The notes under the pieces were generated by a model. That model worked only from the letters and a program-made list of their open reading frames with translations, did not search any database and had not been told where the DNA came from. Below, one piece after another: positions 50,052 through 59,294 of a stretch of DNA of 64,000 bases (the stretch's first letter is position 1; each line of letters opens with the position of its first letter). The stretch covers positions 64,658 through 128,657 of the forward strand of contig CAVZFY010000005.1 in NCBI GenBank assembly GCA_963774695.1, in the 5' to 3' direction. The position numbers were made by a program, and so were the translations under genes. The DNA comes from an uncultured Chloroflexia bacterium (GTDB taxonomy: Bacteria; Chloroflexota; Limnocylindria; Limnocylindrales; CSP1-4).

Positions 50052-51381
50052 GTGAGGCCGGCCCGGCGGCCAGGCTCTCTCCTCTACCGCGCGTACGGGC
50101 GGTTCCATCGCGACGCGCGCCTGATCCTCGTCACGAGCCTTATCTCGGGCGCCGCCCTCAGCCTGTACTGGATCGACTTCAACCTCTACCTCTCGTCGCT
50201 CGGGTACCCGACGGCGACGATCGGCATCGTGGCGACGATCTCCTCGCTCGCCGGGGCCCTCGTCGCGTTCCCGGCCAGCGCCGCGTCGGACCGTGTCGGC
50301 CGGCGGGCCGTCTTCGGGACGGGCATCGCGGTCGGGCTGCTGGCGGTCGTGGGCCTCATCGCCAGCGAGGCGCTCCCGATCATCGTGCTCTCCGCCGCGC
50401 TGTGGGCCGCGGGCAACCAGGCGATGCAGGTCGTCATCGCGCCGTACCTGACCGAGCACAGCGAGCCCGACCACCGCAACGAGCTGTTCGCGATCCAGTA
50501 CGCGATCCAGAACGTCACGAACGTCGTCGCGGCGATCCTGGGCGGCGTGGTCGCCGTCGTCATCGCGGGCGCCATCGGGCTCGATCCGAATGGGCCCGGC
50601 ACGTACCGCGTGATCCTCGTGCTGATGGCCATCCTCATGGCCGCCGCCCTGGCCACCGTCTCGCGGCTCGACGGACGACCGGCCGCACGTCGTCCACGAC
50701 CGCAAGCTCCGGCGCCTCGGCGAACCGGCCGCCTTCCCGGAGGACCCGCGGCGGTCGAAGACGTGGCTCGGCATCCGGATCCGAGACCGGACGCTGTTCG
50801 CGAAGCTGCTCATCCCCGGGCTGCTGATCTCGATGGGCGCGGGGCAGGTCATCCCGTTCCTCAACCTGTACGTGCAGCACAAGTTCGGTCTCGACCTGAC
50901 GTCGCTCAATGCGGTGTTCGCGATCACCTCGCTCGGGACCGTGGCCGCGATCCTCTTCCAGCCACGCATCGCGCGGCGCTACGGCCAGATCACGTCGGTG
51001 GTGATCGTCCAGGGCGCGAGCATCCCGTTCCTCGTGGTCCTCGGGTTCTCGCCGGTGCTGTGGACGGTGATCGTGGCGATGGCCGTGCGGAACTCCCTGA
51101 TGAACGCCGGCAACCCGATCTTCTCCGCCTTCGCGATGGAGCGCGTCTCGCCCGTGGAGCGCGCCACCCTGTCGGCCGCGATGAGCGTCCTGTGGCAGGT
51201 CGGCTGGATCATCGGCGGGCTGTGGTACGCCGCCCTCCAGGCGGTGATCGGGTTCGACGCCGGCTACACGGTCAACTTCATCACGATCATCACCCTGTAC
51301 ACCGCGGCCACCTGCCTGTACTGGATCTGGTTCCGCGCGTCCGACCGGCGGCCCGTCGCGGCGGTCGGGGCGGCGGCGTAG
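50052..51381 (+). pseudogene. MFS transporter (one apparent frameshift in the central loop)
   Basis: GTG 50052. The N-terminal six-TM half (ASDRVGRRAVFG motif) is in ORF 50052..51431 up to ...ATVSRLD. The loop and C-terminal six-TM half (DDRPHVVHDRKLRRL...GAGQVIPFLNLYVQHKFGL...) are in the frame of ORF 50833..51381. Shift at about 50668-50676. Confidence 0.8.
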
Positions 51382-51440
51382 CCGGCGGCCGGCCCGCCAT
51401 TCGATGGTCGGGCGGGGCGGCGCGCCGGTAGACTTCGCGC

Positions 51441-52298
51441 ATGGCAGAGGCCCCGGCTCCGCAGCGACCGAAGACGGCGATCCCCCGCAACCCGGGGCGG
51501 CACGACCTCGGCATGTCGGCCAAGCTCCTGTTCCCCGACAAGGACATCGTCGACCGGTTCTACGTGCCGCTCGTGTACACGGCCTGCCGGACCTGCTACT
51601 CGGAGCTCGACCCGCAGGAGATCTTCCGCCGGGCCGCCGAGGGCGAGATCGCGCCGGCGTCGATGCAGAAGCTCATCGGCAACGTCATCGAGTCGGGGCA
51701 CGGCTCGACCATCGAGCACATCGTGTTCACCTTCGCCATCTCGGGCGTGTCACGGACCCTGTCGCACCAGCTCGTGCGCCATCGCGCCGGCGTGGCCTTC
51801 GACCAGCAGAGCCAGCGCTACGTCAAGTACAAGGGCGCGGCCACGATGCTGCCCTCGACCATCGCCGAGGGCGATGCCGGCCTGCGCGAGCGGTTCGAGG
51901 AGCAGGTGGACGGGGCGCTCGGCCTGTACGGCGAGCTCGTCGAGGCCGGCGTCCCCGGTGAGGACGCCCGGTTCGTGTTCCCCAACGCCACCCGCACGAA
52001 CCTCGTCATGACGACGAACCTGCGGGCGCTCATCCACATGTCGGGCCTGCGCCTGTGCACGATGGCCCAGTGGGAGATCCGTCGGCTGTTCCAGCTGATC
52101 CGCCACGAGATCTTCGGCGTGTCGCCGTTCCTGGGCTCGTTCCTGGCGCCCAAGTGCGTCGCCCTGGGCTACTGCGACGAGTTCAACAACCGCGACGAGC
52201 ACTGCCCCATCCGGCCGCACAAGGACAACGTCCTCGCCGCGTGGGCGCAGAAGCGCGACGAAGCCAAGAAGGCCGGCCGGGAGCTGCCGGTCACCTGA
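51441..52298 (+). CDS. thyX: FAD-dependent thymidylate synthase
   Basis: Intact 285-aa ORF with the ThyX signature RHRAGVAFDQQSQRY, plus ...GHGSTIEH... and ...RTNLVMTTNLRAL... Confidence 0.9.
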   Translation: MAEAPAPQRPKTAIPRNPGRHDLGMSAKLLFPDKDIVDRFYVPLVYTACRTCYSELDPQEIFRRAAEGEIAPASMQKLIGNVIESGHGSTIEHIVFTFAISGVSRTLSHQLVRHRAGVAFDQQSQRYVKYKGAATMLPSTIAEGDAGLRERFEEQVDGALGLYGELVEAGVPGEDARFVFPNATRTNLVMTTNLRALIHMSGLRLCTMAQWEIRRLFQLIRHEIFGVSPFLGSFLAPKCVALGYCDEFNNRDEHCPIRPHKDNVLAAWAQKRDEAKKAGRELPVT

Positions 52299-52352
52299 TC
52301 CGACCGGCGCCGGGGTGCGCCGTCACCGAAGCCAACGAGGGAGCCCGAGCGC

Positions 52353-52547
52353 ATGAAGCGTCCCACCAAGACAGTCACCTCCATCGGCGTCGTCGCCTTC
52401 GTCATCGCCGCCGCGATCACCGGGGCCGCGGGCCTCGGCGGCGCCTGGTCCGGCTACGACCGCCTCGGCCTGCTGTTCATCGGCATCTTCCTGGGCGTGT
52501 TCCTGCTCGGCTACCTGCTCGACCGCGCCGCGCGCAACGCGATGTAG
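52353..52547 (+). CDS. Small membrane protein (64 aa, two TM)
   Basis: ATG 52353 with GAGGGA ~10 nt upstream. SIGVVAFVIAAAITGAAGL and LGLLFIGIFLGVFLLGYLL. Short, no family recognised. Confidence 0.45.
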   Translation: MKRPTKTVTSIGVVAFVIAAAITGAAGLGGAWSGYDRLGLLFIGIFLGVFLLGYLLDRAARNAM

Positions 52548-52583
52548 CGCCGCCCGGGCGCGCTGGCCGGTCGGCCCGGGTTC

Positions 52584-53483
52584 CTAGCCGATCAGCCCGG
52601 CCGCCCCGGGCGCCGGCAGCTCCGCGACGAAGCGCTCCAGCACCCTGGCCAGACGCGGGCCGGCCTCCTCGCCCGCCGCCATCACCTCCGCGTGGGTCAG
52701 CGGCTGGCCGCTGTAGCCCGCGCCCATGTTCGTGACCAGCGACACGCCGGCCACGTCGAGGCCGACCCAGCGGGCCGCGACCGCCTCGAGCACCGTCGAC
52801 ATGCCGACCGCGTCCGCGCCGAGCGTCCGCAGCATCCGGACCTCGGCCGGGGTCTCGTACGAGGGGCCGAGCAGGCCCGCGTAGACGCCTTCCGCCAGCT
52901 CGACGCCCTCGGCCGCCGCCGCGGCGTGCAGGCGCTGGCGCAGCGCGGGCGTCCAGACGTCGGTCAGGTCGGGGAACCGCTGGCCGAGCCCGTCCGCGTT
53001 CCGGCCGAGGAGCGGCGTCCGGCCGGTGAGGTTGAGGTGGTCGGCGATCACCATCAGCGTGCCCGGCCCGTAGTCGGGATTGACGCCGCCGGCAGCGTTC
53101 GTGAGCACGACGGTCCGCGCGCCGAGCTGCTGGAACAGCAGCACCGGCTGGACGACGAGCCCCGGGTCGTTGCCCTCGTAGAGGTGGAACCGGCCCTGGA
53201 GCATGACGACCTGGACGCCGCCGAGCCGCCCGAGCAGGAGGCGGCCGGCGTGGCCGGGCGCGGTGGCCGCGGGCCAGCCGGGCAGCTGGTCGAACGGGAT
53301 CGACACCGGGTTCTCGACCGAGTCGGCGAGCCCGCCGAGCCCCGATCCCAGGACGATCCCGACGCGCGGCGTGATCGCCGTCCGGCCCTGGACCGCCTCG
53401 ACGAGGGCCTCGAGCCGCGCGGGCTGCTCGAAGGGCTGGATCGGCCGAGAGGGATCGACGCCGCGGGAGAAGAAGTCGCTCAT
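52584..53483 (-). CDS. punA: Purine nucleoside phosphorylase (trimeric PNP/PunA family)
   Basis: ATG 53483 inside ORF 52584..53573. GIVLGSGLG, GRFHLYEG, VLTNAAGG, GPSYETPAE, VGMSTVLE, VTNMGAG. Confidence 0.85.
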   Translation of the reverse strand: MSDFFSRGVDPSRPIQPFEQPARLEALVEAVQGRTAITPRVGIVLGSGLGGLADSVENPVSIPFDQLPGWPAATAPGHAGRLLLGRLGGVQVVMLQGRFHLYEGNDPGLVVQPVLLFQQLGARTVVLTNAAGGVNPDYGPGTLMVIADHLNLTGRTPLLGRNADGLGQRFPDLTDVWTPALRQRLHAAAAAEGVELAEGVYAGLLGPSYETPAEVRMLRTLGADAVGMSTVLEAVAARWVGLDVAGVSLVTNMGAGYSGQPLTHAEVMAAGEEAGPRLARVLERFVAELPAPGAAGLIG

Positions 53484-53507
53484 CGGCCGAGGATAGCGGC
53501 GCGGCGA

Positions 53508-53557
53508 CCGGGGGTTGTGGCGCGATGCAGCGGTTACCGGGGGGTGCGGCGCGATGC
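53508..53557. repeat. Imperfect 21-nt direct repeat (CCGGGGGTTGTGGCGCGATGC / CCGGGGGGTGCGGCGCGATGC) in the punA leader
   Basis: Copies at 53508-53528 and 53537-53557 match at 19 of 21 positions, 25-75 nt upstream of the punA start on the minus strand. Seen directly; function unknown. Confidence 0.6.
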
Positions 53558-53822
53558 GCGCCTTAAACTTCAACGCCCGAGCGGAGTACTGACACCGGGA
53601 TGCCAGTCACGTCCGTCCGGGCGCTGCCAGGATCGCGTCCCTTGCGGGCCACCACCCGTGGCATTGAAGTACCCGAAGCGACCGGAGAGCGTCGACCCTT
53701 GATGTGATCGCGGTTCGAACGTCGGCGTGGCATTGAGGTGATCGCAGCCGGCCGGGCGGAGCAGACTTGAGGCAATCGCCTCCGCTCCGGGCCTCCATCG
53801 GCCCCTTCGGGCAAGGACTACG

Positions 53823-54620
53823 TTACGGCCCAGGCGCCGTGCGACCAACGGGGTTTTCCACCAACCTCGTGCGAACTGGCTCCGCGGCATCCACACGTTT
53901 TCCCCCGCTGTGGACGACCTGTGGACGGACGCCATCACGTCGAGCGCCCTGGTCGGAAGGGATCCGCAGCAGGACCACGCCCGAGAGCGGCGGACACCTG
54001 CCGATCGCGAGCGCGCCGATGACCGCCCGCGAGTCGAGCGGGAAGTCGGCCCGTACGGTGGCGTGGGCCAGTCGGAGGGCGGACCTGTTGCGCGGCGTGT
54101 CCGCGACCAGCAGGACCACCCGTGCGATGCGCGGATCATCGCGCTGTTTCTGGTTCGCGGACCGGAGCGTCGCGTCGACGGCGCCGAGCCGGCTGATCGC
54201 CTCGATCGCGGTCCAGCCGTCGTCGGCGATCGCGACCGCATCCCAGGCGCGCCGGTCGCCGACGATCGGCAGCGGGACCTCCGTGCGCCAGCCCACAGAC
54301 CGGGGCAGGCGACTTCGGAACGCGTCGATCAACCTGAGCTGGACGCGGTCTCGAACGGGCTCGCCGTCCGGATACGCCGCGATCTTGAGTCGGAGCCCGA
54401 GGGCTGCGGCAAGCGATGCCAGGTGGCCGAGCCCGGGCGTCGCGACCTCGTTTCGCTCGAGGCGACCGACGTACGATCGCGAGATGCCGGCCGCGTCCGC
54501 AACGACCTGCTGGGTCAGGCCGCGTGCGATGCGGATGGCCCGGAGGTCGGCGGCGAGGTCCGCGACCGCCCGGCGCGCGGCGCGTCGCCCACGATCGCCT
54601 GGGTGTTCGCGCGCCGGCAT
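53823..54620 (-). CDS. XRE-family helix-turn-helix transcriptional regulator with ~190-aa C-terminal domain
   Basis: ATG 54620 inside ORF 53823..54728. HTH LRAIRIARGLTQQVVADAAGISRSYVGRLERNE. The C-terminal region is uncharacterised. The 3' end lies in lower-GC sequence, so the exact stop is less certain. Confidence 0.7.
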   Translation of the reverse strand: MPAREHPGDRGRRAARRAVADLAADLRAIRIARGLTQQVVADAAGISRSYVGRLERNEVATPGLGHLASLAAALGLRLKIAAYPDGEPVRDRVQLRLIDAFRSRLPRSVGWRTEVPLPIVGDRRAWDAVAIADDGWTAIEAISRLGAVDATLRSANQKQRDDPRIARVVLLVADTPRNRSALRLAHATVRADFPLDSRAVIGALAIGRCPPLSGVVLLRIPSDQGARRDGVRPQVVHSGGKRVDAAEPVRTRLVENPVGRTAPGP

Positions 54621-54716
54621 GTGCCCGATGATGACCCGCGTGACTTGCCTGTGGCTTACGGTCGGACGTCGCGTCGGTCTCGCCGAGGCGCCGCCGCGCG
54701 ACGAGCGCCACCCAGT

Positions 54717-54750
54717 GACGGGCGCCACTCGGGGACGGGCGCCACTCGGG
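54717..54750. repeat. Perfect 17-bp tandem duplication (GACGGGCGCCACTCGGG x2)
   Basis: Seen directly at 54717-54733 and 54734-54750, ~100 nt upstream of the XRE start. A third related CCACTCGGAGG occurs near 54875. Confidence 0.9.
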
Positions 54751-54995
54751 GAGGCACATCGGCACGAGCGTTCGACATCTGGGGCGGACGGCGCCCCTTC
54801 CGGCCCGACGCGGCCCCAATTCAGGGCGTTTCGGGCATCCGGGTGGCGAGATCACGAAGTGGCGGTGCGGTATGCCACTCGGAGGAGCGCTGCGGGCTAG
54901 CGGAGAAGCGCCGCGGGTGGCGCGGAGGGCGGCGCGCGGCGGGGCGGCGGGACGAGTGGCGCGGCGCGGCGCTGCGCTGCGACGGACGGCTGGCG

Positions 54996-56084
54996 CTAGC
55001 CCCCGAGGGCGAACATCTCCACCTTGGGCAGGCGCTCGGTCGCCGCGCTGCGCAGCTCGGAGTAGCGGTCGACGCGCGCGCCCCAGACCGCCCGGATCCG
55101 GGCCTCGAGGTCCGCGTCCGACTCGCCGTCGCGCATCGGCGTCTTGAGGTCCGTCCCCGACACCGCGAACAGGCACGTGTACAGGTGCCCCTCCGCCGAG
55201 AGTCGCGCGCGCGTGCAATCCCCGCAGAACGGGCGGGTGACGGAGGCGATCACGCCGACCTCGCCGCTGCCGTCGCGGAACCGGTACCGGCCCGCCACCT
55301 CGCCGCGGTAGTTCGCGGTCACCGGCTCGAGCGGCAGCTCGGCGTCGATCGTCTCGAGGATCTCCTCGGCCGGGACGACGTCATCCAGGCGCCAGCCGTT
55401 CGAGTGGCCGACGTCCATGTACTCGATGAACCGCAGCACCAGGCCCTCGTCGCGCGCCCAGCGCGCCAGCGGCAGGATCGACGCCTCGTTCATGCCCCGC
55501 CGCACGACCGTGTTGATCTTGATCGGCGCGAGCCCGGCCGCGCGTGCCGCGGCGATCCCGTCGAGCACCCGGGAGACCGGGAAGTCCACGCCGTTCATCG
55601 GGCCGAAGACGGCGTCGTCGAGGGAGTCGAGGCTCACGGTGATCCGCTGCAGGCCGGCATCGGCGAGCGGCGCCGCGAGCGCCCGGAGCGCGGAGCCGTT
55701 GGTCGTCAGCGTGAGGTCGACCGGGTCACCGTCGGTCGTGCGCAGCGGCGCGAGCAGCCCGATGAGCGACGGCAGGTCGCGGCGGACGAGTGGCTCGCCG
55801 CCCGTGATCCGCAGCTTGTGGACGCCGAGGCCGACGAAGATCGACGCGAGGCGCTCGATCTCCTCGAACGCGAGCACCTCCTCGCGCGGCAGGAACGCGA
55901 AGTCGCGGCCGAACACCTCGGCCGGCATGCAGTACGGGCAGCGGAAGTTGCACCGGTCGGTGACCGAGATCCGCAGGTCGCGCAGCGCTCGCCCGAACCG
56001 GTCCGGCAGCCCGGGCCGGCCGTCGAAGTCGGCCCGGAGCGGCTCACCGGCGGTGGCGGGCCCGGAAGCTGATCTGGCGTCCAT
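54996..56084 (-). CDS. moaA: GTP 3',8-cyclase (molybdenum cofactor biosynthesis protein A)
   Basis: ATG 56084 inside ORF 54996..56465. Radical-SAM CNFRCPYCMP, ITGGEPLVR, TTNG, C-terminal cluster region FCGDCTRARLSAEGHLYTCLF. Intact. Confidence 0.9.
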   Translation of the reverse strand: MDARSASGPATAGEPLRADFDGRPGLPDRFGRALRDLRISVTDRCNFRCPYCMPAEVFGRDFAFLPREEVLAFEEIERLASIFVGLGVHKLRITGGEPLVRRDLPSLIGLLAPLRTTDGDPVDLTLTTNGSALRALAAPLADAGLQRITVSLDSLDDAVFGPMNGVDFPVSRVLDGIAAARAAGLAPIKINTVVRRGMNEASILPLARWARDEGLVLRFIEYMDVGHSNGWRLDDVVPAEEILETIDAELPLEPVTANYRGEVAGRYRFRDGSGEVGVIASVTRPFCGDCTRARLSAEGHLYTCLFAVSGTDLKTPMRDGESDADLEARIRAVWGARVDRYSELRSAATERLPKVEMFALGG

Positions 56085-56285
56085 GCAGCCATGGTAGGGG
56101 TCACCGCGAATTTGCAGTGCCCGCGCGCACCGCGTTGACGCCCGCGAGCGTGGGACGGGACTCCGCCGGTACCACCGGAATGCCCGGCTGGTACCTCTAG
56201 CGACTGCACCACAGCCCACCAAGCCGCCTACTGTCGGCCAAGCACCTGCGGTTCCGTGCCCACCCCGTAGAGGAAGTCTCTGCTC

Positions 56286-58031
56286 ATGGCCTCCAGCGAC
56301 ACCCGATCCGGATTCAGGCTCCCCTGGAGCTCCGACCGCTCGCACGACGAGTCGGCGCCCGAAGGCGCCGAGCCGACCCCCGAAGCCGTCGACGAGCCCG
56401 TGTCGGACGACATCGCGTGGCCGGAAGACACCAACATCCACGCCCGCCTGGGCATTCCGACCCACGGGCAGCGTCCGCCCGACGAGTCCCCGCCCGACGA
56501 GTCCCCGCCCGATGCCGCTGCGACCGATGCCGCTGCGACCGAGACCGAAGCTCAGGAGTCACAGCGCATGGTCGAGATCGACGTTCCCACCGCCCCTGCC
56601 GCGGCCCCCAGGAAGCCGTCGAAGCTGATGGCGGACCTGTCAGCCGCCATCCTCGCGACCGCCGCTTCGGCACGCGACAGCGCCCTCCTGCAGCTCGACG
56701 CCGACGCCCGGCAGATCACCGAGGCGATCCGCGAGAGCGCGACCGAAGGCGGCGCGACCCTCCGCAAGCGGTCCGACGACGACGTCGCCGGCATCCGTGA
56801 CTGGTCGAAGGCCGAGATCGCCCGCATCCGCGAGGAGACGGACGGCCGCATCGCGACCCGCAAGGCGCAGCTCGAGAACGAGCTCGCGGCGCACGCCGCG
56901 TCGGTCAACAACCGCGTCGAAGAGGTCACGTTCGAGGTCGACCGCTACCGGTCCGACATGGAGGCCTACTTCGAGCGCCTCGCGAGCGAGGACGATCCCT
57001 CGACGCTGGCGACGATGGTCGAGGCCATGCCCGACCTGCCGTCGTTCGACGCCTGGAACGACATCGACCCCCTGGCCGACCTGCCGGCTCCCGAGGCCGT
57101 GGCCGAGGTCGACGAGGCCCCCGAGCCCGAGGCGATCGTCGCCGACGAGGCCGAGGCCGTCGCCGAGGCACCCGCCGACGTGGCGGGCGAGGTCGAAGTC
57201 GAGGCCGAGGCCGATCCCGCCGTCGGCGAGGCCGAGCCGGTCGCCGACGAGGCCGCCGCCGAGCTGATCGACGACGGCAGCGTGAACATCGAGTCCACCG
57301 ACGAGGCCGACGAGGCCGTCGCCACGCTCGAGCCCGAGGCCGAGGAGCTGGCGCCGAGCGCCGGTGTCGGCAAGGGCTGGGGCGAGGACGAAGGCGGCTG
57401 GGGCGCTTCGGCCGAGGGCGGCGACGTGCCGCGCTGGGACGGCGACGCGCCGGACGGCTTCCCGAGCGGTGAGGGCGGCGATCCCGTCGACCGCGGCGCC
57501 ATCATGGCCGCGCTCGAAGCTGCCGCGGAGGCCGTCGTGGCCGCCGAGTCCGCTGCCGAGTCGGCCGACCAGGCCGAGGCCGCCGCGGACGTCGCGGAGA
57601 CCGCCGCCGAGCTCGTCGTCGGCCGCAACGGCACCGAGGACGGCCCGCTCGATCCCGAGGCCCAGGCCGCGCTCGACGCCCGCGTCGACGCCGGTGGCTT
57701 CGAGGAGTCCTACGCCGATCGCCTCGCCAGCCTCCTGCCGCCCCCGGCGGGTGCCGACGGCGAGCCGAAGACGACCCAGGTCGTGGTGTCGGGCCTCGTG
57801 TCCGTCGCCAGCATCGCCAGCTTCAAGCGCCACCTCGGCCGGCTCTCGGGCGTGCAGTCCGTCGCCGTGGCCTCCGGCCCCGAGGGCGAGTTCGTGTTCA
57901 ACGTGACGCATCGCCCCGACGTCTCGTTCCGTGACGCCATCCCGACGATGCAGGGCTTCGCCGCCCGCGTCACCGGGACCAGCGACGGCATGATCGCCGT
58001 GACGGCACGCGATCCCGAGTCGGAGAACTAG
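56286..58031 (+). CDS. Acidic low-complexity / coiled-coil protein with compact C-terminal domain (unknown function)
   Basis: Intact 581-aa ORF, with ATG after GAGGAAG. Asp/Glu/Ala/Pro-rich. Helical segment RKRSDDDVAGIRDWSKAEIARIREETDGRIATRKAQLENELAAHAASVNNRVEE. C-terminal ~95 aa looks globular (TTQVVVSGLVSVASIASFKRHLGRLSGVQSVAVASGPEGEFVFNVTH...). Confidence 0.7.
   Translation: MASSDTRSGFRLPWSSDRSHDESAPEGAEPTPEAVDEPVSDDIAWPEDTNIHARLGIPTHGQRPPDESPPDESPPDAAATDAAATETEAQESQRMVEIDVPTAPAAAPRKPSKLMADLSAAILATAASARDSALLQLDADARQITEAIRESATEGGATLRKRSDDDVAGIRDWSKAEIARIREETDGRIATRKAQLENELAAHAASVNNRVEEVTFEVDRYRSDMEAYFERLASEDDPSTLATMVEAMPDLPSFDAWNDIDPLADLPAPEAVAEVDEAPEPEAIVADEAEAVAEAPADVAGEVEVEAEADPAVGEAEPVADEAAAELIDDGSVNIESTDEADEAVATLEPEAEELAPSAGVGKGWGEDEGGWGASAEGGDVPRWDGDAPDGFPSGEGGDPVDRGAIMAALEAAAEAVVAAESAAESADQAEAAADVAETAAELVVGRNGTEDGPLDPEAQAALDARVDAGGFEESYADRLASLLPPPAGADGEPKTTQVVVSGLVSVASIASFKRHLGRLSGVQSVAVASGPEGEFVFNVTHRPDVSFRDAIPTMQGFAARVTGTSDGMIAVTARDPESEN
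56475..56540 (+). repeat. Two adjacent in-frame 15-bp tandem duplications (CCGCCCGACGAGTCC x2; GATGCCGCTGCGACC x2)
   Basis: Seen directly at 56475-56504 and 56511-56540. They encode PPDES-PPDES and DAAAT-DAAAT inside the acidic protein. Confidence 0.85.
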
Positions 58032-58033
58032 GG

Positions 58034-59263
58034 GTGACCGCCATGGCGGGCACCCCCGCCATCGCACTCCTGCTGCCGCCTTACGAGCGTGAGGCGATCG
58101 CCGAGGAGCTGCGCCAGGGGGGCTTCGATCCGATCATCGTCCACGATCCCGACGAGCTCGAGGGCATCCTCGCGACCCGCCGGGACGTGACGATGGCCGT
58201 CCTCGACATCGTCGGCGACCTCGACGACGGGATCATGTGCTGGGCGCTGCTCCACGAGCGCGACCGGAACATCCCGTCGCTGCTCGTCGTGGACAACCAG
58301 ACGCTCGACCGCCTCGACTTCGACGCGCCGGGCCACGAGAACGACGAGTACATCACCCGCCCCTACTCCCCGGAGTCGATCCGCTGGCGCGTCGAGGCGA
58401 TGTGCATCCGCTCGGTCGCCGTCGACGACGGCAGCGGCCCGGTGATCCAGACCGCGATGGACAACGTCGAGTGGGGCCACCGCGGCCAGCTGCTCCTCGT
58501 GTTCAACCCGAAGGGCGGCGTCGGCAAGACGACGGTGGCGACCAACCTCGCCGCCGCGCTCGTCACGCGGGGCCAGCGGGTCCTGCTGATCGACGCCGAC
58601 ACCGTGACCGGCCACGTCTCCACGTCCCTCGGCATGGAGGCGGTCCCGACCGTCATCGACGCCTGGCGGGACGAGGTCGAAGGCGGCCCGGTGCTCACGT
58701 TCGAGGAGCAGGCCTCCGTCCACAGCTCGGGGCTCAAGGTCCTGCCGCTGTCGTCGCACCCGCTCAACACCGAGCTCCTCGAGCCGCACCGCGTGTCGGG
58801 CGCGATCGCCGTCGCGCGCCGCGCGTTCGACTACGTCCTCGTCGACCTGCACCCGTCCTACAGCCCGCTCAACCGGGCGATCTTCGACCGCGCGGACCGG
58901 ATCCTGGTCCCGGTGACCCCGGACCTGCCGGCCATCCGGGCCGTCGTGAAGCTGCGCGAGATCGCCGACGAGCTCGGCATGCGCGACCGGCTCTCGCTGG
59001 TCGTGAACCGTGCCAACAGCGGCATCAAGCTCGAGGACCTCGAGCGCGCCGTCGGCATGGCCACGTACGCGCAGATCCGGTCCGGCGGCCTCCTGCTGGT
59101 CAAGGCCAGCAACGAGGGTCGAACGCTGTTCGAGCTGGCGCCCAAGGAGAAGATCACGCAGGACTTCGTCGGCCTTGCCGACAGCCTGCTCGGCCTCGAG
59201 CACGTCGAGGTCCCGAAGCAGCAGGTCAACCTGTTCCGCCGCGCGGTGACCGCCCGGGCCTAA
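58034..59263 (+). CDS. ParA/MinD-family P-loop ATPase with N-terminal receiver-like domain (CpaE/Ssd-like architecture)
   Basis: Starts 3 nt after the acidic-protein stop. The N-terminal ~125 aa has a CheY-like pattern but LLLPPYE replaces the acidic pair (AVLD retained). Deviant Walker A NPKGGVGKTT, LLIDADT, VLVDLHP. 409 aa, intact. Confidence 0.8.
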   Translation: MTAMAGTPAIALLLPPYEREAIAEELRQGGFDPIIVHDPDELEGILATRRDVTMAVLDIVGDLDDGIMCWALLHERDRNIPSLLVVDNQTLDRLDFDAPGHENDEYITRPYSPESIRWRVEAMCIRSVAVDDGSGPVIQTAMDNVEWGHRGQLLLVFNPKGGVGKTTVATNLAAALVTRGQRVLLIDADTVTGHVSTSLGMEAVPTVIDAWRDEVEGGPVLTFEEQASVHSSGLKVLPLSSHPLNTELLEPHRVSGAIAVARRAFDYVLVDLHPSYSPLNRAIFDRADRILVPVTPDLPAIRAVVKLREIADELGMRDRLSLVVNRANSGIKLEDLERAVGMATYAQIRSGGLLLVKASNEGRTLFELAPKEKITQDFVGLADSLLGLEHVEVPKQQVNLFRRAVTARA

Positions 59264-59274
59264 CCGCCCCGGAA

Positions 59275-59294
59275 CGCTCGCGTCAGTGCGAGCG
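59275..59294. terminator. Hairpin CGCTCGC-gtcagt-GCGAGCG between convergent genes
   Basis: 7-bp stem seen directly, 12 nt after the ParA-like stop and overlapping the stop codon of the minus-strand gene. No U-tract. Confidence 0.3.

Noticed and set aside
53712-53720. GGTTCGAAC, a T-loop-like string that could flag a tRNA or an attachment site.
   Set aside because: The flanking bases do not form a T-stem, and no acceptor or anticodon arms can be drawn. I could not fold a tRNA here or in any other intergenic region I inspected.
56085-56285. Possible Moco riboswitch in the 200-nt moaA leader. A near-perfect hairpin GGTACCAGCCGG...CCGGTGGTACC is present at about 56165-56195.
   Set aside because: I could not find the conserved Moco-motif strings I remember. 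A covariance-model scan (Rfam Moco RNA motif) would be decisive. For now it is only a structured leader.
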